Assembly: GCA_037447605.1 (NCBI GenBank)
Contig: CM074816.1
Span: 2,446,525 to 2,510,524 of the forward strand
DNA length: 64,000 bases
DNA from: Zygnema circumcarinatum SAG 698-1b
Lineage: Eukaryota > Plantae > Zygnematophyceae
Direction: 5' to 3'
Shown: one piece after another, positions 22,101 to 35,353 of the stretch
Position numbering within the stretch: position 1 is the stretch's first letter
Layout of the letters: each line of letters starts with the position of its first letter
Notes under the pieces: generated by a model
Database searches by the model: none
The model's input: the letters and a program-made list of their open reading frames with translations, nothing else
Told to the model about the DNA's origin: nothing
Position numbers and translations under genes: made by a program

Positions 22101-24732
22101 CATGTTACAGTATTTGGTCGAATTCAACAGTCATCGCGGAGACCTCCTCCCGCCGGCCGCAATATTTTCTGACGACTCTCGAATGGCAGAAGCGGCAGCC
22201 ATAGCTCAAAAGCTTCGTAAGCTTCTATCCTCCCTCATCCTCTCCCTCTCCCTCTCCCTCTCCCTCTCCCTCTCCCTCATCCTCTCCCTCCTCCCTCTCC
22301 CTCTCCCTCTCCTCCCTCTCCCTCTCCCTCTCCCTCTCCCTCCCTCCCTCATCCTCTCCCTCTCCCTCTCCCTCTCCTTCTCCCTCTCCCTCTCCCGCTC
22401 CCTCTCCCTCTCCCTCTCCCTCTCCCTCTCCCTCTCCCTCTCCCTCTCCCTCTCCCTCTCCCTCTCCCTCTTCCTCTCCCTCTCCTCTCCCTCTCCCTCT
22501 TCCTCTCCCTCTCCCTCTCCCTCTCCCTCTCCCTCTCTCCCCTCTCTCTCCCTCTCCCTCTCCCTCTCCCTCCCTCTCCCTCTCCCTCTCCTTCTCCCTC
22601 TCCCTCTCCCTCTCCCTCTCCCTCTCCCTCTCCCTCTCCCTCTCCCTCTCCCTCTCCCTCTCCCTCTCCTCTCTCCCCTCTCTCCCTCTCCCTCTCCCAC
22701 TCCCTCTCCCGCTCCCTCTCCATCTCCCTCTCACCCCGCCTCTCCCTCTACCGCCCCCCATTTCCCTCTCTCTCCCTTTTTGTCTCTCCCCCTCTCTCTC
22801 TCTCTCTCTTCCTACGTCTCTCTCTCATCTCCCCACTCATTTCCTATCTCCAGAAGTTGGCATCTGTTCTTGTTCATTAGGACTCATTTTGTATATGTGC
22901 TAACATACACCCCTTGTTCACTTCCAATGCAGGCACGCTGGCAGAGGAGGAGTCCGGCGAGGGCGAGGGCGGCGGCCGCTTGGCGGCGGCAGGACTGGAG
23001 ACGGCGGTCATGAACCTGCAGGAGTACTGCGGGGGTGCGTGGGGGATTAGGGTTAGCACTAGGGGTAGGGGGTAGGGGTAGGGGTAGAGGGGTAGAGGGG
23101 TAGAGGGGTAGAGGGGTAGAGGGGTAGAGGGGTAGAGGGGTAGAGGGGTAGAGGGGTAGAGGGGTAGAGGGGTAGAGGGGTAGAGGGGTAGAGGGGTAGA
23201 GGGGTAGAGGGGTAGGGGGGTAAGGTGGTAGGGGGGTAGGGGGGAAGAGATAGTAGGGTTAGGCTTAGAGCGAGGGTTAGGTGAAGTGTAGGGTTAGGGC
23301 GAGGGTTAGGGTTAAGTGTAGGGTTAGGGCTAGTGTTAGTGTTAGGATTAGCGTTAGAGTTTAGGTTAGGCTTAGGGTTGAAAGTAGGGGTAGAGTTAGG
23401 CTAGGATTAGGGTTCAGCGGAGAAGGACAGTCAAGTGTCAGCGTTTTAGGGCCTTCTGCATTTCTTAGTTTTGGGGTTGAGTGGTTGGGTTTTTAGTAAA
23501 CGAGAGCTGACTGCGACTTAGACTCCGGCAGACCCTAAAAACCCTAAAAGTGTTAGCAGGACTCTACATGCGAAGCAGTTTACTGTTGTCAGTTAAAAGG
23601 TTGACACGTGGATGTATGTGATTCGCCGGCTGGCAGACCTTGAGAACAAGCTCCTCATGAAGTTTGACCTCGCGTCGTCAAAAAAAGACTTTGCGACGAT
23701 GGCGGAATGCGCGAAAATTCTGGAGCAGGTTTTCTTTTTCCTTTGGAACTCAAAGTTTGAACTCTTTAAGGAAGCCCCTTTTTTTTTTTTTTTTTTTGTT
23801 CTGTACTTTTTTCTGCTCATGAAGCGTAGAGGCGACCGTGGAAAGTCGGAATCCCACAAACCCTAGAAATTCTACTGTTTTTCAAAATCCTTCCTCCTTT
23901 GTGTTTTGGGAAAATTTTGGGTTTTTATTTTTTTTTTCAGTTTCAACGAGGGAGTCAAGCCATAAATCGGTACATCGCCACTCGGCCGATGTTCCTCGAT
24001 AGAGAAGTTATGGAATCTGATATGAGACTTGCAAGGGGAGACTCTACCATCTCCTCACTACAGACAAATGCTAATCCCACGCGCGGATTATCCCTTCTTT
24101 ATAAAGAGATTGTCGGTGAGAATGCCTGCCTGAAACCAGAATCCGTACTTCACTTGCAGCTTCACTTGTTTCCGACAAAAAGTCTGAGGATTTGAGAAGT
24201 ACTGAGTCTGCTCTGGACGTGGGTTGGGGAGATCAAGGTTGGGGAAGTTAGGGTTGGGCTCAGGCTCGGTGTTAGGTTCGGGTTTTTTTTTGAGGGGCTG
24301 AATTTGTAATTTGTAATTTGCAGAAACCATGAAGGAGGAGGCTGCCACTGTGGCAGCTGTCTTTCCTTCTCCAAAACAAGTCATGTCCTTACTCACACAG
24401 GTTTGGCATTCACCTCTACTCTCACTCTCCCTCTCCCTCTCTCTCTCCCTCTCACTCTCTCTCTCCCTCACACTCTCTCTCTCCCTCTCACTCTCTCTCT
24501 CCCTCACACTCTCTCTCTCCCTCTCACTCTCTCTCTCTCTCACTCTCTCTCTCCCTCTCACTTTCTCTCTCCCTCTCACTCTCTCTCTCCCTCTCACTCT
24601 CTCTCCCTCTCACTCTCTCTCCCTCTCACTCCCACTCTCCCTCTCACTCTCTTTCTCCCTCTCATTCTCTTTCTCCCTCCCACTCTCGCTCCCTCACTCC
24701 CTCTCTCCCTCTCACTCTCACTCTCCCTCTCA

Positions 24733-24763
<31 letters not shown>

Positions 24764-27700
24764 CCCCCCCCCTCTCCCTTTATCCTTGCTGTATGGACAA
24801 CCTGGCCCATATTGAAACCATGCTTGTCATCTTTTCCTTTTCGGGCGCAGTTCCAATTGCCTTTAAGTTAATATTTATCTAATAACAGACAAATAATAAC
24901 AAAATATATTTTTTGAACTCCTATTTCTGTCCCCCTATTTCTCCCTTTCCTTCTCCTGCAGAGAGTGATGATGCAGAGAGTGCAAAATGTTTTGGAGGCG
25001 ATGCTGCCCAAGCCCTCTCCGGACAGCCCTCCGCCAATGGAACAGGGGGGACTCGTCCTGGTCAGCCGCAAAAAAAATCTTGGTCCTGCCCGAACGTGTC
25101 CGAAACTATTGATTTTCTAATAGCTCCAAACTCAAAAGTCAAACTCAAAAGTCAAACGCAAAACTCAAACGCAAAAGTCAAACGCGAAAGTCAACCCAAA
25201 ATTTAACACCGATGGAGAAATTGACCGATCGTGTATTCAAACCTCGCAGTCTACCTCGCAATGATGATTTCATTGCCTTGAATTTGCATTGGATTCGTGT
25301 TTTGTATTTTTTCTTATGCAGTATCTGCGGACTCTCGCAGCAGCATATGAGAAGACGATGGATTTAGCGAAGGAGCTTCGAACTGTGGGATGTGGCGATC
25401 TCGATGTAGAAGGTTCCAATCCTCTCCCTCCCTCCCTCCCTCCCTCCCTCCCTCNNNNNNNNNNCCCTCCCTCCCTCCCTCGTTTCTCCGTCCTCTCCCT
25501 CTTTACATCTGCTTCTTATTATCGCAATGCTCATCCACTTTCCTTTAAAAGTGTCTTGCCCTGATCGCTCCCTCCCCCCCTCTCTCTCTCCCTCTCACAC
25601 ACACCGCGATGAAGGTGCTAATCCCATCTTTCTCTCTGTCTCTCTTGCTCTCTCCTCCACCCGTGGTCTCCTACTAACCCTTTAACCGTAAAATCCTCAA
25701 TTATAACCTTAGGCTGAATCCTAAATATGGCATCCTCAACTCTGTAAATTCTTGGAGTTCAGTTTCTATTCTTAAACCCTTCCGTACTTTAAGCCCTAAG
25801 ATTTTAGTCCCATACCCCTAAAAAAGACCTTCGAACTTACCCATAAGGATTCCTAATCTAGCCCTTCTTTTTCTATGAATTGAATCGCATCGTCACCTTA
25901 TTGCAAGACTCTGAAAATTCAAAATTCAATCAAAGTGTCACGAACTCTGATTACATGTTCTGTTGAATTTGAAAAGGTTAAAGTTGCATTGGATTTTGGG
26001 AGCAGGTCTTGCACAAAGAGATCTGTTTTTGGGGCATTTGGACATTTATCACGATGTGGAGCAAAAGTCGCTCATGCAGCTGTTCCATGCCAAGGTAACA
26101 ACTCCGTTTTCCGTTTCCGTTTCCACTTTGTTCCGTTCCGTTCCGAATCCACTTTCAATTCAAAGGAGTGACCACAATTCAGAAATCCAAAACCCAAAAC
26201 CAACATCTAAAATCGTAATCTTAAAAATAACGGAGGGAAGGCAAAAGGGGAAAGAATTATAGGAGAGATCGAACTTTGCACAAAACAAACGGCCTCAAAC
26301 CGAGGGAAGCCAAGACCGACAACCAAAAACTCAAACAAGCCACACCAAAACTCGAACTCATTCTCTCTCTCCCTTTCCTCCGTCTTTCCCCCCTCTCTCT
26401 CCCCCCCTCTCTCTCTCCCCCTCTCTCTCCCCCCCTCTCTCTCCCCCCCCTGTCTCCACCTCTCTCCCCCCTCTCTCTCTCCCCCCACTCTCTCTCCGCC
26501 CACTCCCCCCCCTCTCTTCCCACCATCTCTCCCCCCCCTCTCTCTCTCTGCCCCCTCCCTCGCTCTCTCTCCCCCCCCCTCTCCCTNNNNNNNNNNTCTC
26601 CCCCCCCCTCTCCCTCTCTCCCCCCACTCTCTCTCTCCCCCCTCTCTCATTCTCTCTCCCCCCTCTCTCATTCTCTCTCCCCCTCTCTCTCTCCCCTCTC
26701 TTTCCCCCCTCTCTCGCTCTCTGCGACTGTATGCATGCACGTGCTGTGCTGTGCAGTATGTGGAGCTGAGCCACAGCGGCGGCCCTTTGGGGGACCCCTT
26801 CTCCTCCTCCTCCTCCTCTCCCTCCTCCTCCCTCGGCCCCGCGGGAGGGGGAGGGGGAGGGGGCGGCCCCCGCGCGAGTTCGCTGACGCGGGCGGCGGCG
26901 GTTGGCGGGAGTTCGCTGCCGCTCGCGGGCCTGCTCGTCGCCGACTGCGTGCGATGGAACGAGGAGGCGCTCGCGCGGGCGCGCCTGCTCACGCCCGAGG
27001 TAGGGCACGCTTCATCGGGACCGTTCGTCTTGGGCCCGATCTGGATCTGGACCGTCGATCTGGATCCTGAACTGGATCTTGCGGTTGGTCTTGATCACGA
27101 CCTGGATGTGGAGTGTTGATCTGGATCCTGAACTGGATCTTGCCGTCGATCTTGATTTCGATCTGGATGTGGACCGTCGATCTGGATCCCGATCTGGATG
27201 TGGACTGTTGATCTGGATCCTGATCTGGATGTGGACTGTTGGTCTGGAGCCCGATCTGGATCTGGACCGTCGATTTCGATCCCGATCCCCGATCTGGATC
27301 TGGATCTGGATCGTGGTTTGGATCTGGATCGTAGTCTGGATCTCGACCCTGATCTGGATTTGGATTTTGATCTGACCGTTGATCTTGATCCCGATCTGGA
27401 TCTGGGTCTTAGTCAGGATCTCGAGCATTGATCTGGATTTCGATTTTGACCTAGACCGTTGATCGTTGATCTTGATCTTAACCTTTGACCTTGATTTCGA
27501 TCTTAAACTTCGCCTCGACCCTTGTGGTTCTCTTTTGCAGCCTATTCAACTTGCCGAAAACGCACAAATGGTGTTTGGAGTACTGGTGGATCAGGTCCTG
27601 AAATCTAACCTTAACCCCAATTCGGAACCCCTTAATCCTAAGGCCGAAAACCCTAGACCCTAAGACCTAAACCCTAAGCACCTAAGCACCTAAGCCCTAA

Positions 27701-28430
27701 CTCCTAAACCCTAAAACACTAACCCCTAAACCCTAACCCTAACCCTAACCCTTACTCCAAATTATAAACCTAAACCCTGAACCCGAAACCCTAAATCTTA
27801 AACTCAAACCCTAAACCTAATCCTAAACCCCTGCCCCAAACCTAAACCCTAAACCTACCTTCTCCTGCAGGCGAGCGTATACACAATGCTCTCTCTGGAG
27901 AAGGCTCAGAAGGCCCTTCAGGAGGCGGCGGCGCTACGTGACAAGTTCAGCATCGGGACAAGTGTCAGCCGCAGAGTGGCTGCTGCAGCAGCAGCTGCGG
28001 TACCATCACAACCCTCTCCCTCCCACTCTCCCTCCCACTCTCCCTCCCTCCCTCCCTCCCTCCCTCCCTCCCTCCCTCCTCCCTCCCTCCCTCCCTCCCT
28101 CCCTCCCTCCCTCCCTCCCTCCTCCTCCTCCCTCCCTCCCTCCCTCCCTCCCTCCCTCCCTCCCTCCCTCCTCCCTCCCTCCCTCCCTCCCTCCCTCTTG
28201 CCTGTCCCTATCTCCGCTTGCAATTCCATCTGCCTCACTCTCCCTATTCCTCCCTCTCACCGTTCCCCCTTCCTTCCCCTTCTCCATCTCCGCATAGAAT
28301 TGACCCGGTATTCGTGGTTGGAGGGCAGGCCGAGCAAGCTGCAGTGGCCGGAGAAAACGGAGTTCGGGCCTTCCTCCAAGCTGTGAAGAGAGCGTCCTCA
28401 AACGTGGTCACTGTGCACACAGTAAGGAGA

Positions 28431-28475
<45 letters not shown>

Positions 28476-31400
28476 TCTCTCTCTCTCCCCCCCTCCCGCT
28501 CCCCCTCCCTCTCCCCACTCTCCCTCGTCTCTCATTCTATCCCTCTTCCTACCGTTTTTCCCATTTCTTATTCTTTACATACCACCGATTCGTGCTTAGT
28601 CTCTTTCTCCTTCATTCATCCATCCATCCATCTATCTATTTACCTATTCATTACTTGGTTTTTTTCTTTTGTTTTCCCGGCAGCATTTCGTGAGCATGGT
28701 GGCCCGCCTCCTCCTGCCCGTGGACGGGGCCTCCGCGCGCTGTTTGGAGGAGCTGCAGCAGAAGATGGCGGACGCGGAGGCCACCACTGTGAGGGGCCTT
28801 CTCACGTGCGCGGAGACCGCCATGGCGGAGGTATGGAGGGGGGATGGAGGGGGGATGGATGGGGATGGATGGGGATGGATGGGGATGGAGGGGGATGGAT
28901 GGGGATGGATGGGGATGGAGGGGGATGATGGGGATGGAGGGGGATGATGGGGATGGATGGGGATGGATGGGGATGGATGGGGATGGATGGATGGATGGGG
29001 GATGGAGGGGGGATGGATGGATGGATGGATGGGGGATGGAGGGGGGATGGATGGGGGATGGATGGGGGATGGATGGGGGATGGATGGGGGATGGATGGGG
29101 GATGGATGGGGGATGGATGGGGGATGGATGGGGGATGGATGGGGGATGGATGGGGGATGGATGGTGGATGGATGGGGGATCGAGTGGCGATGTATGGGGG
29201 ATGGATGGGGATGGAGGGGGATGGATGGGGATGGAGGGGGATGGATGGATGGGGATGGAGGGGGATGATGGGGATGGATGGGGATGGATGGGGATGGAGG
29301 GGATGGATGGGGATGGAGGGGGATGGATGGGGGATGGATGGGGGATGGATGGGGGATGGATGGGGGATGGATGGGGGATGGATGGGGGATGGATGGGGGA
29401 TGGATGGGGGGGGATGGATGGGGGATGGATGGGGGATGGAGGGGGGATGGATGGGGGGATGGATGGGGGATGGATGGGGGATGGATGGGGGATGGAGGGG
29501 GGATGGAGGGGGGATGGATGGGGGATGGATGGGGGGATGGATGGGGGATGGATGGGGGATGGATGGGGGATGGATGGGGGATGGATGGGGGATGGATGGG
29601 GGATGGAGGGGGGATGGATGGGGGATGGATGGGGGATGGATGGGGGATGGATGGGGGATGGAGGGGGGATGGATGGGGGATGGATGGGGGATGGATGGGG
29701 GATGGATGGGGGAAGTATGGGGGATGGATGGGGATGGATGGGGATGGATGGGGATGGATGGGGATGGATGGGGATGGATGGGGATGGATGGGGATGGATG
29801 GATGAGGATGGATGGGGATGGGGGGATGGAGGGGGATGGATGGGGATGGATGGATGGGGGAATGATGGGGGATGGGGGATGGAGGGGGGATGGATGGGGG
29901 ATGGAGGGGGGATGGATGGGGGATGGAGGGGGGATGGATGGATGGGGGATGGAGATGGGGGATGGAGGGGGGATGGATGGGGGATGGATGGGGGATGGAT
30001 GGGGGATGGATGGGGGGATGGGGGGGATGGATGGGGGATGGATGGGGGATGGGGGGGATGGATGGGGGATGGAGGGGGGATGGATGGGGGATGGAGGGGG
30101 GATGGAGGGGGGATGGATGGGGGATGGATGGGGGATGGATGGGGGATGGAGGGGGGATGGATGGGGGATGGATGGGGGATGGATGGGGGATGGGGGGGAT
30201 GGAGGGGGGATGAGGGGGGATGGATGGGGGATGTATGGGGGATGGATGGGGGCTGGATGGGGGATGAAAGGGGGTCGGGAGGGGGATGGACGGGGGATGA
30301 GGGGGGGATGGATGGGGATGGATGGGGATGGATGGGGATGGATGGGGATGGGATGGATGGGGATGGATGGGGATGGATGGGGATGGATGGGGGATGGATG
30401 GGGGATGGATGGGGGATGGATGGGGGATGGAGGGGGGATGGATGGGGGATGGAAGGGGGATGGATGGGGGATGGAGGGGGGATGGATGGGGATGGAGGGG
30501 GATGGATGGGGATGGAGGGGGATGGATGGATGGGGATGGAGGGGGATGGATGGGGATGGATGGGGATGGATGGGGATGGATGGATGGGGATGGAGGGGGG
30601 ATGGATGGGGGATGGAGGGGGGATGGATGGGGGATGGAGGGGGGATGGATTGATGGGGGATGGAGGGGGGATGGATGGGGGATGGTTGGGGGATGGATGG
30701 ATGGATGGGGATGGATGGGGATGGATGGGGATGGATGGGGATGGATGGGGATGGATGGGGATGGATGGATGGGGATGGAGGGGGGATGGATGGGGATGGA
30801 TGGGGATGGATGGGGATGGATGGGGATGGATGGATGGGGATGGAGGGGGATGGATGGGGATGGATGGGGATGGATGGGGATGGAATGGGGGATGGATGGG
30901 GATGGATGGGGATGGATGGGACGATGGGGGATGGATGGGGGATGGATGGGGGATGGAGGGGGGATGGATGGAGGGGGGATGGAGGGGGGGGATGGATGGG
31001 GGATGGATGGGGGATGGGGGGATGGATGGGGGATGGATGGGGGATGGATGGGGGATGGATGGGGGATGGATGGGGGATGGATGGGGGGGATGGATGGATG
31101 GGGATCGATGGGGGATGGAGGGGGGATGTATGGGGGATGGATGGGGATGGAGGGGGATGGATGGGGATGGAGGGGGATGGAGGGGGATGGATGGGGGATG
31201 GATGGGGGGATGGATGGGGGGATGGATGGGGGATGGATGGGGGATGGATGGGGGATGGATGGGGGATGGAGGGGGGATGGATGGGGGATGGATGGGGGCA
31301 TGTATGGGGGATGGATGGGGATGGATGGGGATGGATGGGGATGGAGGGGGATGGAGGGGGATGGATGGGGATGGAGGGAGGATGGGGATGGATGGGGATG

Positions 31401-34400
31401 GAGGATGGATGGGGATGGATGGGGATGGATGGGGATGAAGGGGGATGGATGGGGATGGATGGGGATGGATGGGGATGAAGGGGGATGGATGGGGATGGAG
31501 GGGGATGGATGGGGATGGATGGGGATGGAGGGGGATGGAGGGGGATGGAGGGGGATGGATGGGGATGGATGGGGATGGATGGGGATGGATGGGGATGGAT
31601 GGGGATGGATGGGGATGGATGGGGATGGATGGGGATGGAGGGGGATGGATGGGGATGGATGGGGATGGATGGGGATGGATGGGGATGGAGAGGGATGGAT
31701 GGGGATGGATGGGGATGGAGGGGGATGGAGGGGGATGGATGGGGATGGATGGGGATGGATGGGGATGGAGGGGGATGGAGGGGGATGGATGGGGATGGAG
31801 GGGGAGGATGGGGATGGATGGGGATGGATGGGGATGGATGGGGATGGATGGGGATGGATGGGGATGAAGGGGGATGGATGGGGGATGGATGGGGATGGAT
31901 GGGGATGAAGGGGGATGGATGGGGATGGAGGGGGATGGATGGGGATGGATGGGGATGGAGGGGGATGGAGGGGGATGGAGGGGGATGGATGGGGATGGAT
32001 GGGGATGGATGGGGATGGATGGGGATGGATGGGGATGGATGGGGATGGATGGGGATGGATGGGGATGGATGGGGGATGGATGGGGGATGGATGGGGGATG
32101 GAGGGGGGATGGAGGGGGGATGGAGGGGGGATGGATGGGGGATGGAGAGGGGATGGATGGGGGATGGATGGGTCTCAAAATGGGTACATTCGGGGTGTGA
32201 GTGGGCTACAGTTGTGGCTATACTTTGGGCACAAAATTGGGTAAAGTTGGGGTGTAAATGTGATTATAAATGGGGCTATAGTGCACAAAATGAAGTACTT
32301 TATAGTATGAATAGTTTATCGCACAAAGTGTTACGAGGGGGCACAAAAGTGGTTGTTGTTGTGGAACTGGTTCCATGGTCCGAGTCATCCTTTCTGTTCA
32401 GTGTTTTTTCCCAGCAATGACATGTTTTGGCATGGTTTTTTTATTTCAGATTTCAAGAAATTGGGAAGGGCGGAGTATCAAATTTTGTGAGGTGGCAGTG
32501 TTGGAAAGAGTGCTTTGCAATTGTATTTTACAACAGTAGAACTTTTTTTCTCAATCTTTTTTTTTTCTCGGGCAGGTGGAGCGCCTTCTTTCCGCGGAAC
32601 AAAAGCCGGCAGACTTTAAGCCGGCGGAAGAGAGAGTCCCTACAGACCACAGGCCCTCACGTGCTTGTATACAGTGCGCTCTCTCTCCCACCCTCTCTCC
32701 CTCTCTCCCTCTATCCCTTCCTTCGTCTCCCCTATTCTCCCACTCTTCTCCCTTTCCCTCTCTCCCTCTCTCCCTCTATCCCTTCCTTCGTCTCCCCTAT
32801 TCTCCCACTCTTCTCCCTTTCCCTCTCTCCCTCTCTCCCTCTATCCCTTCCTTCCTCTCCCCTATTCTCCCACTCTTCTCCCTTTCCCTCTCTCCCTCTA
32901 TCCCTTCCTTCCTCTCCCCCATTCTCTCACTCTTCTCCCTTTCCCTCTCTCCCTCTCTTCCTCTCGCTCCCTCTCTCTCCCCCTCTCTACCTCCCTTTCT
33001 CTCGTTCTCTCTTTTTTTTCTCTCTCACCCTCTCCTCCCATTCCCTCCTTTCTCTCGTGTGTGCTTGATACTCGTAGCACCGAGTAGGTCTACCCTCCCT
33101 TTTCCTCTCTCCTCAGTTCTCACTTTCAGTTTCATGTTATGTCACTACTCGATAGGTTCAATTCTTATAGTGCACACTTTAGACACGGAAGTCCGCATTT
33201 GCCTTTTTATCTATTTTCGTTAACCTTTCTGTAATTCCTTTTGAGGGTTGACGAAATTTAGAGCTGTGTTGTAATCGGAAAGCCTGGTTTTTTATTATGT
33301 TTTGTGTATATGTACATTTTTGTTTTAATTCTGTTTATGATTTTGATAATGCAGAGTTGTGTCGTATTTGGAGCGATTGGTCGAAGTTGTGCATTCATCC
33401 CTCGATGGTCCGAACCGGCTCGCCTTCATGACCGACTTGGTGAGCAGCTCCATCTTCTACTTGGAGTGGGAGAGGGGAGAGAGATGAGAGAGGGAGGGAG
33501 GGGACACAAGAGAGAGGAGAGGGAATGGCAGAGGGGAGAGAGAGGATAGAGGAAGGGAGGGGAGACAAGAGAGGAGAGGGAGTGGCAGAGGGGAGAGGGT
33601 GGATAGAGGAAGGGAGGAGAGACAAGAGAGGAGAGGGAGTGGCAGAGGGGAGAGAGAGGATAGAGGAAGGGAGGGGAGACAAGAGAGGAGAGGGAGTGGC
33701 AGTGGGGAGGGAGGAGCGAGGAGGAGCGAGGAAGGGAGAGGAACAAGAGAGAGTGAGAGAGGGAGAGGAGGAAGGGGGATAAACGGGGAGAGGACATGTG
33801 GAGGAATAGAGAATGAAGTAATAGGGAGAGGGAGGGAAGATATCGACCGAGAATGATTACAGAACGAGTCAGAGAAAGTAATCGGCCAAAAAGTACGGGG
33901 GAAGTGTGTGTGTGAGAGAGAGAGACATAGAGAGACGGAGAGAGAGAGAGAGAGAAGTAGAGTGCTGCGTTTGCAGGTAGTATGTTTTTCGTTTACTCGA
34001 TGATTTATCAATGGAGGGTGGGAATCAGTTGGGTTAGTATTTTTCTGGTTGCTGAAATTTTATTTATTTATCATATTTTCTACCACAGGGTAATCGTCTC
34101 CATTTCGCACTCCTTAACCATATTCAGCGATTCATATTCAACCTGAGGTGTGCTCCCAACCACACTCCCTTTCCGTCGTTCCTCTACCCATTCGCCACTT
34201 CCTCCTCTCTTCTCCTCCTTGCCCCCCCCCCCCTCCCCCACCTCCCCTCCCATCCCGGCCTCCCTCTCCCCTCCCTCCCTCATCTTCTCCTCCTGCCTCC
34301 CGTATTCAGAATGTTGTCAAGCAAGTCACCTTTATCTGCTTCTCTATTTTTGGCAGTGGCGGGCTCCGACTGAAGAGGGATTTGGCGGAGTATTCGGAGT

Positions 34401-35069
34401 TTGTTCGCCTGTTCAAAGCTCCCACGGTGGATGAAAAGTTTGAGTCCATGAGCATGTGAGCTCTCTCTCTCTTCCTCTCTCCCTCTCTCTGCTCTCTCGT
34501 CACCCTCTCTTACTTCCCCTCCTCCTTCCCCCTCCCTCCCCCTCCACCTCTCCATCCCACGCCCTCCGCTTTTCCCCACTCTCTCCCCCTTTCCCTCCCC
34601 TCCCCTCCCCTCTCCTCCCCTCCCCTCCCCTCTCCTCCCTTCCCCCTTCCCTCTCGCCGCTTCCCTTTCCCCTTTTGATGTCTCCCTGCTGCCCCTCAGG
34701 CTGGTCAACCTCTTCATTGTCGCCCCGGAGAGTCTGCCCACTCTGGTAGACAGCATCAACATGAGGAGAGAAGATGCATTCACGTGAGTGCCCCCCCCTC
34801 TCTCGTTCCTCCTCCCCCTCTCTCTCCCTCGTCCCTCCTCCCTCCCACTCCCTCCACTTCCCGCTTCTCCCACTCCCCTCTCCCCTCCCCTCCCCCCTCC
34901 TCACCCTTCTCTTCCGCCCTCTTGTCTCCTCTCTGCCTCTCCCTTCCCCTCCTCCCTCTCCTTTCCAGTTTTAACGTAACAACACCTTCTTGGTTTTCAT
35001 GTCCTCAGTTACATTCAACTGCGTGACGACTTCAAATCCGCTCGAATTGCCGCGATTTTTGGCCTATAG
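19122..35069 (+). CDS. SEC10: Exocyst complex component SEC10 (EXOC5), 25 exons
   Basis: Exons: 19122-19160, 20651-20743, 20878-21078, 21309-21383, 21628-21729, 21904-21954, 22111-22216, 22933-23034, 23637-23728, 23941-24115, 24324-24400, 24962-25060, 25322-25412, 26006-26094, 26757-26999, 27541-27594, 27871-27999, 28329-28421, 28684-28830, 32576-32673, 33355-33439, 34089-34147, 34357-34455, 34700-34783, 35009-35069. All introns GT-AG and phase-compatible. Peptides match plant SEC10 as I recall it: [98 protein letters not shown]. Exon 1 is the least certain. Confidence 0.93.
19745..20262. repeat. Interstitial telomere-like (CCCTAA)n array in SEC10 intron 1
   Basis: About 30 nearly perfect CCCTAA units at 19799-19985 with degenerate flanks. 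Confidence 0.9.
23045..23415. repeat. (GGGGTAGA)n followed by degenerate (TTAGGG)n in SEC10 intron 8
   Basis: Perfect octamer run at about 23080-23215, then tagggttag variants. Confidence 0.9.
27036..27505. repeat. (GATCTG)n-based degenerate repeat in SEC10 intron 15
   Basis: Dense gatctggatctg/gatcttgatc units fill most of intron 27000-27540. Confidence 0.9.
27605..27857. repeat. Degenerate CCCTAAA/CCCTAA telomere-like repeat in SEC10 intron 16
   Basis: aaaccctaa motifs run through the intron up to the acceptor. Confidence 0.8.
28831..32172. repeat. 3.3 kb G-rich (GGGGATGGAT-type) satellite in SEC10 intron 19
   Basis: 10-12 nt units of G4-6 plus ATGGAT/ATGGA, with almost no C on the + strand. 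Starts at the donor GTATGG. Confidence 0.95.
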
Positions 35070-35254
35070 CGCCGTGAAAGTCCTCTAAGAGCGAATGCAG
35101 GAGTGCACACCGCCATGTTTAAGGAAACCCTTAAAGCCACACAGAACGAGCGCCCTCCGGCTGCCTTCAAATGTTGGATGTTGCTGCTTCTTCTTCTTCT
35201 GTACAGTGAAATTGGTTCACGTTTTTCCTTTTCTATGTTAAGGCTGGAGCTTCA

Positions 35255-35353
35255 GGTTTTCGGTTTCTGGTTTCTGGTTTGCGGTTTTTGGTTTTTGGTT
35301 TTTGGTTTTTGGTTTTTGGTTTTTGGTTTTGGGTTTTTGGTTTTTGGTTTTTG
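35255..35353. repeat. (GGTTTTT)n heptamer array downstream of the SEC10 stop
   Basis: Directly visible tandem array. Confidence 0.9.

Noticed and set aside
27036-27505. Regularly spaced repeats resembling a CRISPR array or a DLD-repeat protein
   Set aside because: Degenerate hexamer repeat without unique spacers, in a eukaryotic intron.
28644-32420. Very long ORFs on both strands (PSIPHP / MDGGWMG repeats, up to 1175 aa)
   Set aside because: The GGAT/G-run satellite almost never forms stop codons, and it lies inside a well-supported SEC10 intron.
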